Source: Vitrella brassicaformis CCMP3155
Taxonomy: Eukaryota > Protista > Chromerida
Direction of reading: 5' to 3'
Length of the DNA stretch: 64,000 nucleotides
NCBI GenBank assembly: GCA_001179505.1
Contig: CDMY01001040.1
Span: forward strand, 62,001 to 126,000
Positions within the stretch are counted from its first letter, which is position 1, and each line of letters opens with the position of its first letter. The notes under the pieces were generated by a model. The model saw nothing but the letters and a program-made list of their open reading frames with translations, had not been told where the DNA came from and made no database searches. A program made the translations under genes and the position numbers. Below are positions 24,166-36,633 of the stretch, in pieces.

Positions 24166-27110
24166 TCAAGGAGGTCCGGTGCTCGTGTGTGTCTCTGCAG
24201 CCTGTGTTGGGTTCTTGGGTGTGCATCTATCTACCTCTGAGTCGAGTCCCTCTGAGTCGAGAGCCAGGTGGCCGTGTGGTGGATATGGCTGTCTCTGCCA
24301 CTCGTCCTTCCGCACGCCGTACCGCCCAGAGAAGGTCAGCTGATCAACAAATGAGTGACAAGGACAGAGAGATGTGTGGTGCTTTGAGACTGCCGCTCCC
24401 CACCCCTCCACCCGTCCCACCTGCGTGTGCTGTCTGTCGATGGGGACTATCTGGTCGTTTGTCTTGCAGTCCATGACGCCCAGCACACTGATCTCGGAGT
24501 GCTTGCTCTGCGCATGTCGTGCCTCGCCGTCGTACCAGCCCCAGTCCGCATCAGCAGCCCACTCCTCATCCAGCAGTGACGCACCGCCAAACACGAAAAC
24601 TTCACTATACACAGGCATCTGGGCGGCAAACAAAGACCGGGGAGTACATTGTGTTCAAACGTGGGACGTTTCTGTGGTGTGCAGCCCACCTGCCGCTCCA
24701 CACCGCCGCTGCACATGCTGCAGGGGGCGGCTCGTAGGGCTCGTAGGGCTTCTGAGATTGGTACGGCTTGCTTCTCGGAGGTCGGGGGAGCAGGCCGGGC
24801 TATGGGGGTGTGATGCTCGTCTTCTGAGGCCGTGCTGAGAAGCCAGGCAGGGCAAACTGGCCGGTGGAGATGTCAAACACGATGGTCTCGAGATTGCCGT
24901 AGCCGTCCATCTCGTCATCATAGCAGACGTATGGCACCATGATCACGATCTTGTCGCCTGACAAGACAAGAGAGAAGACTTATCTCAGATGGGTCTGTCT
25001 GGTCTGTCTGGTCTGCCGGGGGGTGGGTGACCTGCAGCGACGGCCGAGTGGCGGGCGAAGTCAAACCTCATGTCGTCGGGCATGTAGATGACGTGGGCGA
25101 GCCACATTCGGGGCAGAAGTCGCGCTGGTGGCGGCTCAGCAGGTCACAAAGAGCACCTGAATTCAGACACAGACAGACACCTACATCAGTAATGGTGTGA
25201 TGTGGTGTGGTGTGGTGTGATGTGGTGCTTACCGTCATCGACTGATGGCTGTATGCCGCTCGACACCCACGGCAGATCGTCAAAGTCGATCCATCTGGAG
25301 AAAACAAAGAAGGGAGACGTCCACACACAATGACTGAAAACATGGACATGTTGTGTACGTCTTGGTGTCTCCATCGAAGATCGCGACGTCGGGCGGGCAG
25401 GAGAACCCCACAGGCGAATTGGGCTGGTGGTACTCGCTCTCCCCCCACTCTACACCGTGTGCAGGCAGCTCACCGTGTGCGGCGCAGGTGGGTGGCCTCA
25501 TGTCCTGCCTACCTTCGCCGCCGACGATGAAGACATAGCGATCCTTGATGAGTGTGGCCGTGTGGTTGAGACGAGCGGCTGGCGGCGTGCCGCTCACACT
25601 GCGATCGCTGACATGGACACACAGACAGACAGACAGACAGACAGACAGGATGAGAGTGGTAGTGGCGGCGAATGGGGGGTCTCTTACTTGTCGTTGAATG
25701 ACCAGGTCGCCACATCCACGATGGTCGTGGAGCTCAACGCCTCGCTGCACACAACAGGAAGAAACACATACGTTGGGTGAGAGTTGTCATTGTCTGACAA
25801 AGGGCCGTCGGTAATGTACCCGTCTGTGTCTTTGCCTCCGAAGATGAAGACGAAACCGTCCGCATGAGCAGACGAACGGACAGGAACAAACGTAGATGTG
25901 AAGTAGCAACTGCAAGACATGTATGAAGAAACGATGCATACACATCCACCACTTCTGAGAAAGCCCTCGTGAGCATCAGTCACCGGTTGAGGCGGCTTGT
26001 GGTCAACCCTCCGCTTCTTGGCCACCTCCCCCGCCGCCTCCTTCAACAACTCTCGCTGACTCAGCCAACGATACTGCAGCTCGCCGACACCGACATCCGC
26101 ATCCCCACCGTGAGTGCGATCGATCTCGAGCACACCCCAGAAGCGGTCTCGGTCTCTCCTGTCGCTCACACCGGTTGGCCGCCGCAAGCGAAATACCGCT
26201 GGGGCATCTCGGGATGTGCGATGTGCGTGGGTGTGGGGGAGGGGACGCTGATGGGGGTGAGGGTGAGTGAGTCGGAGGATGCCGGTGGGCTGCCAGCGAC
26301 CACACACTCCTCCCAGGCATACTTGCCAAACGACAGAAGGGGCTGGAGCGACACACTGAAAAGGAAAACACGTAAGTAAAGGATGGATGGCCCGTGTGTG
26401 AGTGCGTGTCTGAGTGTGTGTGTGTGTGTGCGCGTGTACCGTACCGCCACAGGTCGTTTTTGTAGCTGTTGTGCTGACCGATGCCGCCCACCACTCCACC
26501 TGATCGAACAATCAAGCAGTCGACAGAAAACACGGAATATGGCAGGGAGTCCATATCCACCCATCGCAGCCAGCGGTGTCTTACCGAACTCATACAGATG
26601 CTCGCTCAGGACGAAGGCGGCCGAGCGGCTCCGCCCCATCTCGTCTGTGGGATTCTCGCACGTGGCCTTGCCCCACCGCAGCTCACTGATGTTCTTGTTG
26701 GCGCCCAAGTCAGAGATCACTTTGCCGCGTCGCCTTGCTTCGCGGTAGCGGCTCTCGGGCAAGGCGGCCGAGGGGTGCGGGTGGTGGGCGGCGCCTTCGA
26801 TGAGACGAATGTTGCTCTTGCTCAACCAACGACGATACTGCGGACGACCCACACAAGCAGCGTCGATGAATGCATTGCAAAGCGGGAAACTAAGGATGCG
26901 TTTGTGTGGGTTTTCCTGCAGCTGCCAGATGCCCGATGAGCAGTGGGGCTCGAGCATCTCCTTGATCTCCCTGCACACTGCAGCAAACACAGCCAGCCAT
27001 TGTTGCTTCTCATCTGCTTCATCTCCCGCTCTCGTCGTCCAGTCACCTGTCTGTGCCTTGAGCAGGTCGGTACCATCGAGAAAGGGCAACGAATACCAAA
27101 CCACAGACAT
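24166..27110 (-). pseudogene. Kelch-repeat gene (possible F-box-like N-terminus) with several apparent frame disruptions
   Basis: Kelch blades: LYEFGG...NDLWR, WEECVVAGSPP...YFACGG, FVFIFGGKD, PPAARLNHTATLIKDRYVFIVGGEG, FARHSAVAA and VFVFGGA. In-frame stops fall at 26166, 25068 and 24800, with Kelch-like sequence resuming in another frame. The 3' end is uncertain. Confidence 0.6.
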
Positions 27111-27239
27111 CAGATGAGGATCCGGACGCTGGAAGGGGGCCATCGGGGCACTCTCGAAGGACTCCCTACGGGTGGAGGGCAGCAAGATGAAAACGTCGCA
27201 TTTACAGAATCCTGAACCCTTGACCCAGAGGCGGCTATC

Positions 27240-30200
27240 ATGGCAGCGTGTGAGTCGGCGCGTGGCTCGGCAGACGCGAAGAGGGCCGCTAGAGAGCTTG
27301 TGGATGAAGTGTTGCGAGTTGAGCAGGACTGCTGTGGTGCGAAATGGACTCTTCTCGTGTCGGCGCTGGGTGACGCAACAGATCCGCAGCTGCAGGCTGA
27401 CGCCGCCCGTGCCGTCATCAAGTTCTTCAAGATTCGGTCACCGCAGCTTCGCATCGATGAATTCAAACGGCTGTGTTGTTTCCTATCGGACATCAACGCG
27501 GCTCGGGGGCTGTCAGATCTGGTAGATGAGGCCATCTTCTCCCTCCTCTCATCGGCAATTTCGAGGCGCGACCCCGATCTGCCACACCAACCGATGCGGG
27601 ACCATCTGTTCACACATCATGTGGACCTTGTCAGACGAGCGGAAGCGGCTGTCCCGAGCGTCACGGCCCTCAGGTTCCTGACTTTTTTGTACGTGCCCGC
27701 GTCATTGGCTGACATCCCTGTTGCCTCGTAGGTCAAGTCGTTCGGTGCGGTGGTGGAGGTGGCGGTGAGCGAGGTGGGGCGGGTCGGACCAGAGACCGAC
27801 CAAACGGGCGACCTGACATGGCCACCGGGGAGCGAAGGATGCGAGATGGTCACAGCGGTGACGGGCAGCTTGTACACCAGCTTCGAGAAAATGTCACACA
27901 CAGGTCCGACTTGCAACACGCGAGTGACTCACGAGCTTCCCGCTTGTTCTTTCTGCATCTTGGCCTTTGTTCGTTCTCGTTCTCCTCAGGTGCGCATGAG
28001 GAGGTTCTGTCGGCTGTCCATCGGCACATGTGCCCGCACGCCGCGCGCCTCGTCGACGTGCTCGTGTCCGATACGGCTTCGGACGGCGTCCGATGGAACG
28101 CATTTCTCGTGCTTTCCTTCATCTTCGGAGCGGCCTATGAGGCTTGCAGATGGGCACAGGATCGCACCAAGGCGCGGGACATCTTGCAGGAGCCGACCCA
28201 GCACCTGCTCAAGGGCAACATGACGGGATTGAGGGCGGCTGCAGATGTGCTCCAGCGGTACCATGGCTTCAGGTGCTGGCTGCCAGGGGTCATGCTCACA
28301 TCCATTCCTGCCCATCTGCTCCACTGCCGTGAGTGACGACACATTACCGTGCCGTGCCATGCATATCGGCGACAGACACGGTCACTGTGCTTGTCGGTGT
28401 CTGTTCACACATTTGTGCAGGCGGTTCCTATGCCAGCCAGCTGATCGAGGCAGGCTATCTCCATGCCCTGCTGGCCGTGATCGATGACCAGCGCATGCCG
28501 AGCCTTCAGTTCCACCGGGGGCTCTTGCACTGCAGCACCGATGTACTCGAGAAACTCGCCCACGAGGAAGAAAAGGTCAGCGAGGGAAGCCTCATTGGAA
28601 GGCAGCGATTCAGCAAACATGGTTCGTGCGTGGGCGACAGGTTGCGACCGATGCGGATGTGGCTCTCGTCCTTTGCCGTCTGCTGTACCGCCATGCTAAG
28701 GGCGAGATCACGTTCATGGCAGGAGATGAGAAGGTCGACAGGATCGTCCAGCTGCTGGCCTACATGGTCAGATCCGGGGCAAACGCATCGCAGGATATGA
28801 AGCGGACCAAACGGGCTAAGAATGTCATCCTGCAGCAAACATCGAAGGCAAGCAAAGAGACCCGAAGGCAGCCCATCTCACTTGTCATGCCATGCATGTG
28901 TGGGCTGTGTGTTGGCTGATGCAGATGCTGTCTGAGTGGGTGCCGCCGAGCACGGGAGCATACCAGCAGCTCACAGTGCATCCAAAGGTGGGCGGCAGAA
29001 GACTGCTCACGCCATTCGCGGCACAGGCGGTCGTGTTGGTCGCACTGCCAGGTGGCGAGTTTCTATGCGGAGATCACTGGCAGCCCCATCGAAGCGCAGG
29101 CGAGGAGCGGTGACAACGGGGGCGAAGGGACGTACAGCACAGACCGAGCTGCGCCTGTGTCACCACTCGACAAGTGGAAGGACATCGGCAATGCACTCTT
29201 TGGCAAGGGCAAGTACCTCGACGCCTACCGGGCATACGTGAAGGTACACACGGGGCAGGAGGGCCGGCAACACAGACGCGCACTGAATGCCGTGTTGTTT
29301 GTGTGCACCGCAGGGCGTCCGTTTGGCGAATCTCGAGTCACTCGCTGAGCTGTTGGTCTGTCGGGCGCAGTGTCATTTCGCCCTCGAGAGCTACGTCAGC
29401 GCCTTCACCGACGTCACCACGGCCTTCCGCATCCTCCCCCCTCCCTCCTCCCTCGAGCCCGGCAGTAAGTCGGCTCTCATCCAGAAGACAGCCGCAGAAC
29501 TCTACGGAAAGGGCATCATGATGTGGCTCAATGGCCGCCAGGGTGACGGCGATGTCGCCCTGCCATCGCCCAAGGCGATTGGGAGGCTGATGAAGGACGC
29601 CATGCAGCACCTCTGCGCGCGAGTCCAGGCACCGGGACCGTCTGAGCCACTCGAGGTGGCCGATGCACTCGCGGCAGGCGAGCAGCTGCAGGAGGAGGAC
29701 AGATATGCCGAGGCACGTGACACATTCACTGCCGGTCTGGCTGGTGCTGACATGTCGCGACGCTCACTGCGCTGCTGAGCAACGCCTCGGCGTGTCTGCT
29801 CAAGCCCGAGCTCATTCGGGAGGGGGGCCCGGATGCTGTGGGGTGTGCGGCTGCCGCCCTCCATCTGAGCTGCCTGCGTCATGGCCCCTCCCAGCAGCTG
29901 ACCACCATCCAGCAGAAGTGCCTCGTGCGGCTGGGCCAGGGGCTGCTGGCCGAGCGGCTCTTCGACGCTGCTGATGTCATTGCCAAGGCCATCAAGAAAC
30001 ACGTGAGGGGGGGAGTGGGGAGTGACGGAAAAGGGGATGATGTGTGTGGTGGTGCGTTATTGGTGCTCTGTGTGTGTGTGTGTCAATCAGGTTGGCGAAA
30101 GTCAGATGAGGACGAAGGCCGACACACTGCAGCAACGTGTCCGCACCCACCGGGCCAATGCTAAGGGCGACTTTGACTGGGCCGCCATTTACCGTCAGCA

Positions 30201-31546
30201 GCTCGACAACACCACTGCCATGAGGCACGGACAGCCCCCCACATCCATCGACGTGGCCGAGTACGGCGGCGCCGTGTCCGTGCGACACGACGAGGCCCAG
30301 CAGCCTCGCCTCTATGCGAAAGAGGACATCCAAGTGGGCCAGCTGCTGCTCGTCCAAAAGCCCGTCGTCATATCGTCCGGTGATTTCGCATCGCTGACGA
30401 GCTCCGACGGCTACAGACAGCTGATGGCGGCCTGCAAGGACGTGGCATCCCCGGCTGGTGTCGCAGCTGTGCTGTCTGTCAGAGGGCCAGCAGCGGCCCT
30501 CGGCTCTCGCGGCCCCGCCGTCCCACGAGACGTGTCTTGGCCTGGTCCCTGGCTTCCCCCTGCTGCCCCGCTTCATGCAGTCCCATGGTGCAGAGGAGTT
30601 CGGCTCGCCTGTGGCCCAGGTCGATGGCGACAGCATTCCCCGGCTCATGACCTTCAACCATCGCATTAGTGGCACCATCCGTAGCTGTCTCCCTCGTGCA
30701 GCTGGTGACTTCAGGTCCACTCTGGCATCAGGGGTGTGGATACTGCCGTCGCTCATCAGACATGCGAGATACGACAGGAATGCCATATGGTACGCAGCAC
30801 GGGAGGGGTGGACACGCCCCATTCCGCCACAATGGACTTGTGTGTCTGCGTCTGGTATGGTCAGGTATGTGGTGGGCGACTTGCTGGTCGTGAGGGCGGT
30901 GCGTCCCATCAGCCGCGGCGGCTGCGTCACAGCTGACTTCTTTGACGACGGACACCCCACTGACGCCAACGATTATGTGGATCACGGCGACGTCATTTCG
31001 ATGGCCGAGCGGTGGGGCATCCCTTCACCCGTGCAGCACGACGAGAAGCACAGCCAAGAGGCCATCGCGGCAATCGGCAAGGGGATCCACCGCGTCACCG
31101 CCCTTCATCAGGGCGGGACATCGCGCACGGCTGTCCAGAGAGATTTTGGCGCCCTCATGAGGAGAGTGGAGGCCCTGCAGCAGTCGATGGCGTCCAAGGT
31201 GCCCACGATGAGGGCAAGCCGGCTCCACTTCTTCCGGGGCATGCTTCTGTGTTGGCTGGGACGAGACGATGAGGCCAGCGAGGCGGTGATCGAGGCCGTC
31301 AAGACCGCCCGGGCGGTGCAGTCGATCGCCGTTAACGACTGCCGCTGTCTCTCGATGGCCATCCGCTCTGCACCACATGATTCTCAGCTGTGTGATGTGA
31401 TGCTAGAGGAGCTACGGCGCACTTGTGCCCTCGTCTTCGGCACACCCGACGCAGCAAAAGCATCTTCCTCAATGAGCAGAGCTGAGAGGGTGTCTGATAG
31501 GCCTGCCTTGCTGGCTGCAGCAAGGGGGCTTGATAGATTAGAGTGA
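27240..31546 (+). CDS. Helical-repeat/TPR protein with a C-terminal degenerate SET (SMYD-like) domain; apparent frameshift near 29750
   Basis: TPR-like KDIGNALFGKGKYLDAYRAYVK and LLVCRAQCHFALESY. SET-N-like RLYAKEDIQVGQLLLVQKPVV. SET-C-like GVWILPSLIRHAR and GDLLVVRAVRPISRGGCVTADFF. Exons are joined by GT-AG introns and one GC-AG intron. Confidence 0.75.
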
Positions 31547-32083
31547 GATTGGGGCGTGTTGGGAGTGGGGTGTAGATAACTGACCTTGTCTTGGCGACCA
31601 AATTGGCCACGGATGTGTGCATGTGTTTATTGGTGAAGTCAATCAATCCTCGCACTAGCGACGCGACGCACGCACAGATGGAACACCCAGGACACCCACA
31701 CATGTCATGTGTGGACGTCCGTCTTTCTACCCATCAATCACTCACAGACACGCACACATATGTGATATGTGATGTGTGACGTATGCACCGAAATGGCCGC
31801 ACATCGTCCGTGCACCCACACACACACACCGCCAGTGTGCACGCCATGCCTCTACCCATCTTCCCGGATCGCTTCCGGCCAGCCCTCACCCCCCTCGATA
31901 AGCTTGCACTCCTTCTATAGCTGTCTGGGTACACGGCAGTCAGTGTGGCCCCCCTCCTCACACACATACACACACACACACATACACACACACACACCTG
32001 CACACGCATCAATCATAGCTACCTTTTCCCTCCCTCCCCTCCCCCCTCTGTCTGGTCTGACGCATTGACGCATGCTCTCTAAA

Positions 32084-33440
32084 TCACTTGCGCCCGCCAG
32101 CCTTGGGCCTGCAGGCAGGCCAGACCACACACACAAACACACACACACACGTCACCCACCGTGTCTCCGCCGTTAGTGGCTGCACTCACTCCGTCACTTA
32201 CTTTGCTTTGGCCTGCTTGGCTTTGGGTTTGGGTTTGGGCGCAGCCGCCGCCGATCTCGACGGGGCCGTCTTGCGACCCGCCTTGGCCTTGGCACCGCCA
32301 CGAGACCTATCCAATGGAGGGAGGCACGGACAGAAGAGGGGGTGTCAGAATGAATGCAGGTGTCTCTCCGTTGTGTGTGTGTGTGTGTGTGTGTGTGGCG
32401 GGGTGACTTACTTTGCCGCCCCCCGTTTCGGTGCCGGTGGGGGGGACTCGTCGTCATGGCCACTACCGCCAGCACCAACCAACGCAGCTACGCCAACCTA
32501 ACAATTATAAGGCGAAGCAGCATGACAAGAAGACGAGACGGGTCTTGGTTTGGTTTGCGCAGGCAGGTGTGGTTGTCTTGTCTCGTGTGTGTGTGTGTGT
32601 GTGTGGACTATACCAGGAATGGCTTCCACTCCTGTCCGTCGAATATGATCTCCCTATTCTCAGCATCGAACTCCATGCGGACCTGCACACATGCACATGG
32701 ACCGACAAACACACAGACAGACAGACATAAACACAAGCCACACACACGTGTGGTGGGCTTCCCCCGTGTGAGTGCTCCCCAAATCCGCTCACTGGGTATC
32801 CGTTGATGGTGTATGCCCCCTCGTTGAGCTTCTTGATCTGGATGGCGATGTTGGGGTTGTCCTGCAGCCACGCACCCACACCAGCGAGTTGGGTGAGAAG
32901 TGTATGTGATTTGTGCTGTGCCCCCAGGTAGGGCAGTCAGGAGATGGATGCACCCACCATGATGAAGAGCGTGAGGTAGTGGTCGAAGTAGTTGCCGGCC
33001 ACCCCGCCCTCAACCAGTATCTGACCTACGTCGGGCGGCACGTGCTGACACACCACGCAACAGAATACAACGTGACAGACACAACACACCACAAACACAT
33101 CAGATAGATGAGGGTGGGTGCCGCTTTGTGTGCGTGTGTGTGTGTGTGTGTGTGAGCTTACGTGTTGCTGCTGTTGCTGGGTCGGCACCTGCACCATCCC
33201 CTGGTGCCCTTGCAGGGCACGCTGATGCAACACACACACACGCACGGACACACAGACGCACACACAGAGCACGAGTGTTCTGGCCGTGTGTATTGTGTGT
33301 GTATCGTTATGTGTGTGTTGATCTGATCCCCCTTCCTACCTGGTGTTGGAATACCTGCTGCTGCAGCTGCGTGTTGAGGGCCCTCTCGCGCTCTACCTCA
33401 CCCGACAACTTGGAGATGTCCCGCTGAATGGCTGCAATGC

Positions 33441-33472
<32 letters not shown>

Positions 33473-34492
33473 ACAAAGACACATCCATTCCACGCCTGTC
33501 AATCCCTCCCTCCCTCCCCCGCCCCCCTCACCTCTCAGCGACGGCTCCATGCGCACGTGCTCCTGCTTAAACGATATCGGGTTGAACCCGCCGGGCGGCA
33601 CCGGACCAGCACCCACACCAACTACACCCCCATATGCCCCGCCAATTCCCCCACCAACACCCCCTCCCACCCCGCTATCTCTGACGTACCCCCCCGGCCC
33701 GCTCACCGCACCGCTCACCGCCGGCGCAGGGGGGCGAATCGGCCGCAGATACGACACATAGGGCGACAGGGGTGGCCGAATTCCACCCGCACCCATGTGC
33801 ACACCCGTTGCCGTGCCCACCCCCACCCCCATCCCCACCCCCGCCCCAGTGCTCACCGCCGGCGGCAGATGGCTCAGCGGCCCGCGAACTGCCGGTGGCG
33901 TGTAGACGTTGTTGCTGGCTGTGGCGGTGGGGGTCGCCGCAGCAGCAGGGGGTGGTTTGTTGTTGATGGTGCTCATGCTGGGCATGGTGCCCATGAGTGC
34001 GGGTGGCGAGAGCGAGCCGCGCGGCCCGAGTGTCACCCCCGGGTGGAATGGGTAGCGGGACGGCATGAAGTAGCCGTGCGAAGGTGAGGGCTGCATGATG
34101 CGATGGTCGTCCAGGAAACCGGGCTGCGGGTAGCCCGGCATCTGCTGCTGCTGGTGTGAGGTGTGCACCGGGTGGGACTTGATGGGCCCTGCTGCTGTGG
34201 GTGTGGGTGGTATGGGCATCATGCCGCCCGCAGGCCGCACCAGAGGAGGGCGGCCGGCAGGCGTCACTATGCCGGGATAGGCGGCATTGGCGAGCACCGC
34301 CGTGTGATGTGGAGGAGGGCGGGGGTGGGGTGGCAGCAGGGGGTTGACCGTCGAGGGGTCAAATCGGATGGTGGTGTGCGTGTTGCTCTTGACGGCTCCA
34401 GGGGTGGCAGTGTGGGATGTGGTGGACACGGTGGACACAAACGGCGGGTGGGGATAGACTTTGCCGCCCTGCGCCGGCGGCAGACCTATCAT
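32084..34492 (-). CDS. Pro/Gly-rich protein with a small C-terminal domain resembling GAS2/GAR, and a Lys/Ala-rich tail
   Basis: Exon 1 lies in ORF 33398-34510 (ATG 34492). Spliced downstream exons give GNYFDHYLTLFIMDNPNIAIQIKKLNEGAYTINGYPVRMEFDAENREIIFDGQEWKPFL, then AKAKAGRK...KPKPKAKQAKAKPKAGGRK*. The gene is well supported; the domain call is tentative. Confidence 0.65.
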
Positions 34493-34968
34493 GCCAGCCA
34501 CCACGGACAAAACACAAAGATCTGATCTTCTCTGCCATTTGGATGGAATGAACCATGCAGCTGTGGGTCCGCTTGTTGCCTACCTGCCATTGGCGGCTTC
34601 TGCGATGTGCTGGGAAGCGGCACCGCCATACCTTCAACCAGACTAACTCGGCTATTTTTCCGGCCGGCTGGGGGCCATTAAGCTCGCCACGAGGGCCAGC
34701 GTCTCTCGCATTTGAAGAAATGTTCCTCTTCGCGTCATGTAGGCGATCTCACTCACAGGTCACGTTTGTTTCTTCCCGACTGTGTTGTTGGTTCAGGTTC
34801 GTCGTGTTGTCAGGAGAAGCGCTTGTCGAAGAAGCCCTTAACCAGGAGGCGGGCGGAGGATGAGTTCTTCGAAAAGAACGAGGCATGAACCAATTGGCAT
34901 GAATACCCTCACTGCCCCAGGCGGCCCGCAAACAAACCGGCTGTTGATGTGTTTGTGTTTGTGTTCAG

Positions 34969-36633
34969 ATTCGCCTCGTGAAGGGCCAGCAGTCAACCCC
35001 GGCACCGCCATTAGGTGAGGAGGGCGTGTGGTGACAACAAGAGAAAGGGCCAGCCAGGTGATCTCCTTTGATTGATCCATGTTTCCGTCCCACGTACTAC
35101 AGAGTCGTCATCCACCGTGCCCGGCTCCCCTCCCGCCCCTCCCACACCCGCATCCCCCTCTGCCAGTGCTGCTCGCCAGCCCCGCCCTCTCCAGGCTGAC
35201 CAGACGGCCCCATCGCCTGCGCCGTCGTCCGCTGGTGGCGGTGGTGGTGGCGGTGGTGCACTTGTGAAATCTGCCCGTGTTTGCCCCTCTGATGTGGCTG
35301 ATGTGGGTGACGTGGATGACCACTGCGGCATCTGCAGTATTGGGAGGGGTGGGGATGAGAGTGACAAGATGTCGCCAAGGCTGCACTCGCCGGTCATCTT
35401 CTCAAATCCCTTCTTCAGCGCAAAGCCAAGTGAGCGACAAACAGGGGCCTGGTGGGATGAGGGGGGTCATATGGGTCATATGGGATACATTGTCAGCTTT
35501 GACGGTGCCGAGCGACTTTGTGGTGGAGAGAAACGAGGCTCTGACGAATGGGTGGGCCACTCACTTACTGAGCGAGGGACGATTGCGCGAAGATGTCTGT
35601 GTCTTATCCCTTGTGTCTCCCTCCCTTCGTTGCGGCAGCTCGTTGGATGAAGAGGGGAGGCGGCGTGAGATGCAGAGGCTGCAGAACATCATCAAGGAAT
35701 TTGTGAGGGTATCTTCTGAGAAGACACACACAGAGAACAAGATGGCAGCCATCCCATGCATGGAACGGCATCTTTGTCGGCATCGTTCGTTCTTTCATCT
35801 GTTGTGTTCAGGAGGCGCTGAGTGGGGTGTGGTTGGATTTCCTCGATAACACCGGGTCGGTCGTCCCCGCATTCTGCACCATCGACCGCAGCCTCACTGT
35901 ATGTATGTCCCGTCCCCGCACTGCACACACAAGACGCAACACAACGCACCCTCCTGTGTGTCTTGTCTGTGTGCAGGTGTTGAGCATCCAGGCGCAGCGT
36001 CAGGTGAAGCAGCTGGACATCGTCGATGTCCTCGACGTGCTCTGTGGGGACGACGGGGATATCGACCTCGGACATGACGTCCCGGGACCGGTACGTGGCT
36101 GATGGGTCGGTTGGTGCCATAGCCATAGCACGCCATCTGTCTTGACTCCATGAGTGTGTGTGTGTGTGTCTGTGTGTGTGTAGATGTGCTGCACGCTGAT
36201 TCTGCGCAACGCCCCGCCGCTGTCTTTCCAGTTCTCGGACATCCGGGTGAGTGAGTCGGGATGGATGGTGGGTGAGGGGAGGGGAGGGGAGTGGAGTGGG
36301 TGGTGCGGATGTGAGACACCACCACGCAAGGCAAGGCAACGCAACGCAAGACAAGGCACCTACCTGTCTGCCTAGCTTGCCTCCGTCCCAGCTGTTTGTT
36401 TTGATGCGATCGATGCGTGGATATGAATGATATGTGCTGTGCTGTGACCAGGCTCGGGAGCATTTTGGAACCTGCATGAAGGTCCTGAGGTGAGGGCAGG
36501 GCAGGGCTGCCTTCGCCTGGCCTGTGCGTGGTTGTTAGTACTGATTACTGATTGATAGACGCCCTGCCACGCCCTGTGCGTGTGTGTGTGTGATTGATAT
36601 GTCAGGTTGGCCCTCGAGACACCTGAGGAGTGA
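34969..36633 (+). CDS. PH-fold protein resembling alveolate IMC sub-compartment protein (ISP)-like domains; 5' structure uncertain
   Basis: Spliced exons give EMQRLQNIIKEFVR|EALSGVWLDFLDNTGSVVPAFCTIDRSLT|VLSIQAQRQVKQLDIVDVLDVLCG...|MCCTLILRNAPPLSFQFSDIR|AREHFGTCMKVLRLALETPEE*. This matches my recollection of the ISP-like PH pattern. The start codon was not resolved. Confidence 0.55.

Noticed and set aside
30375-30485. Apparent frameshift between ORFs 30022-30669 and 30458-31546
   Set aside because: A plausible ~105-nt intron (G|gtgatt...ctgtcag|AG) joins the frames, so no disruption is needed.
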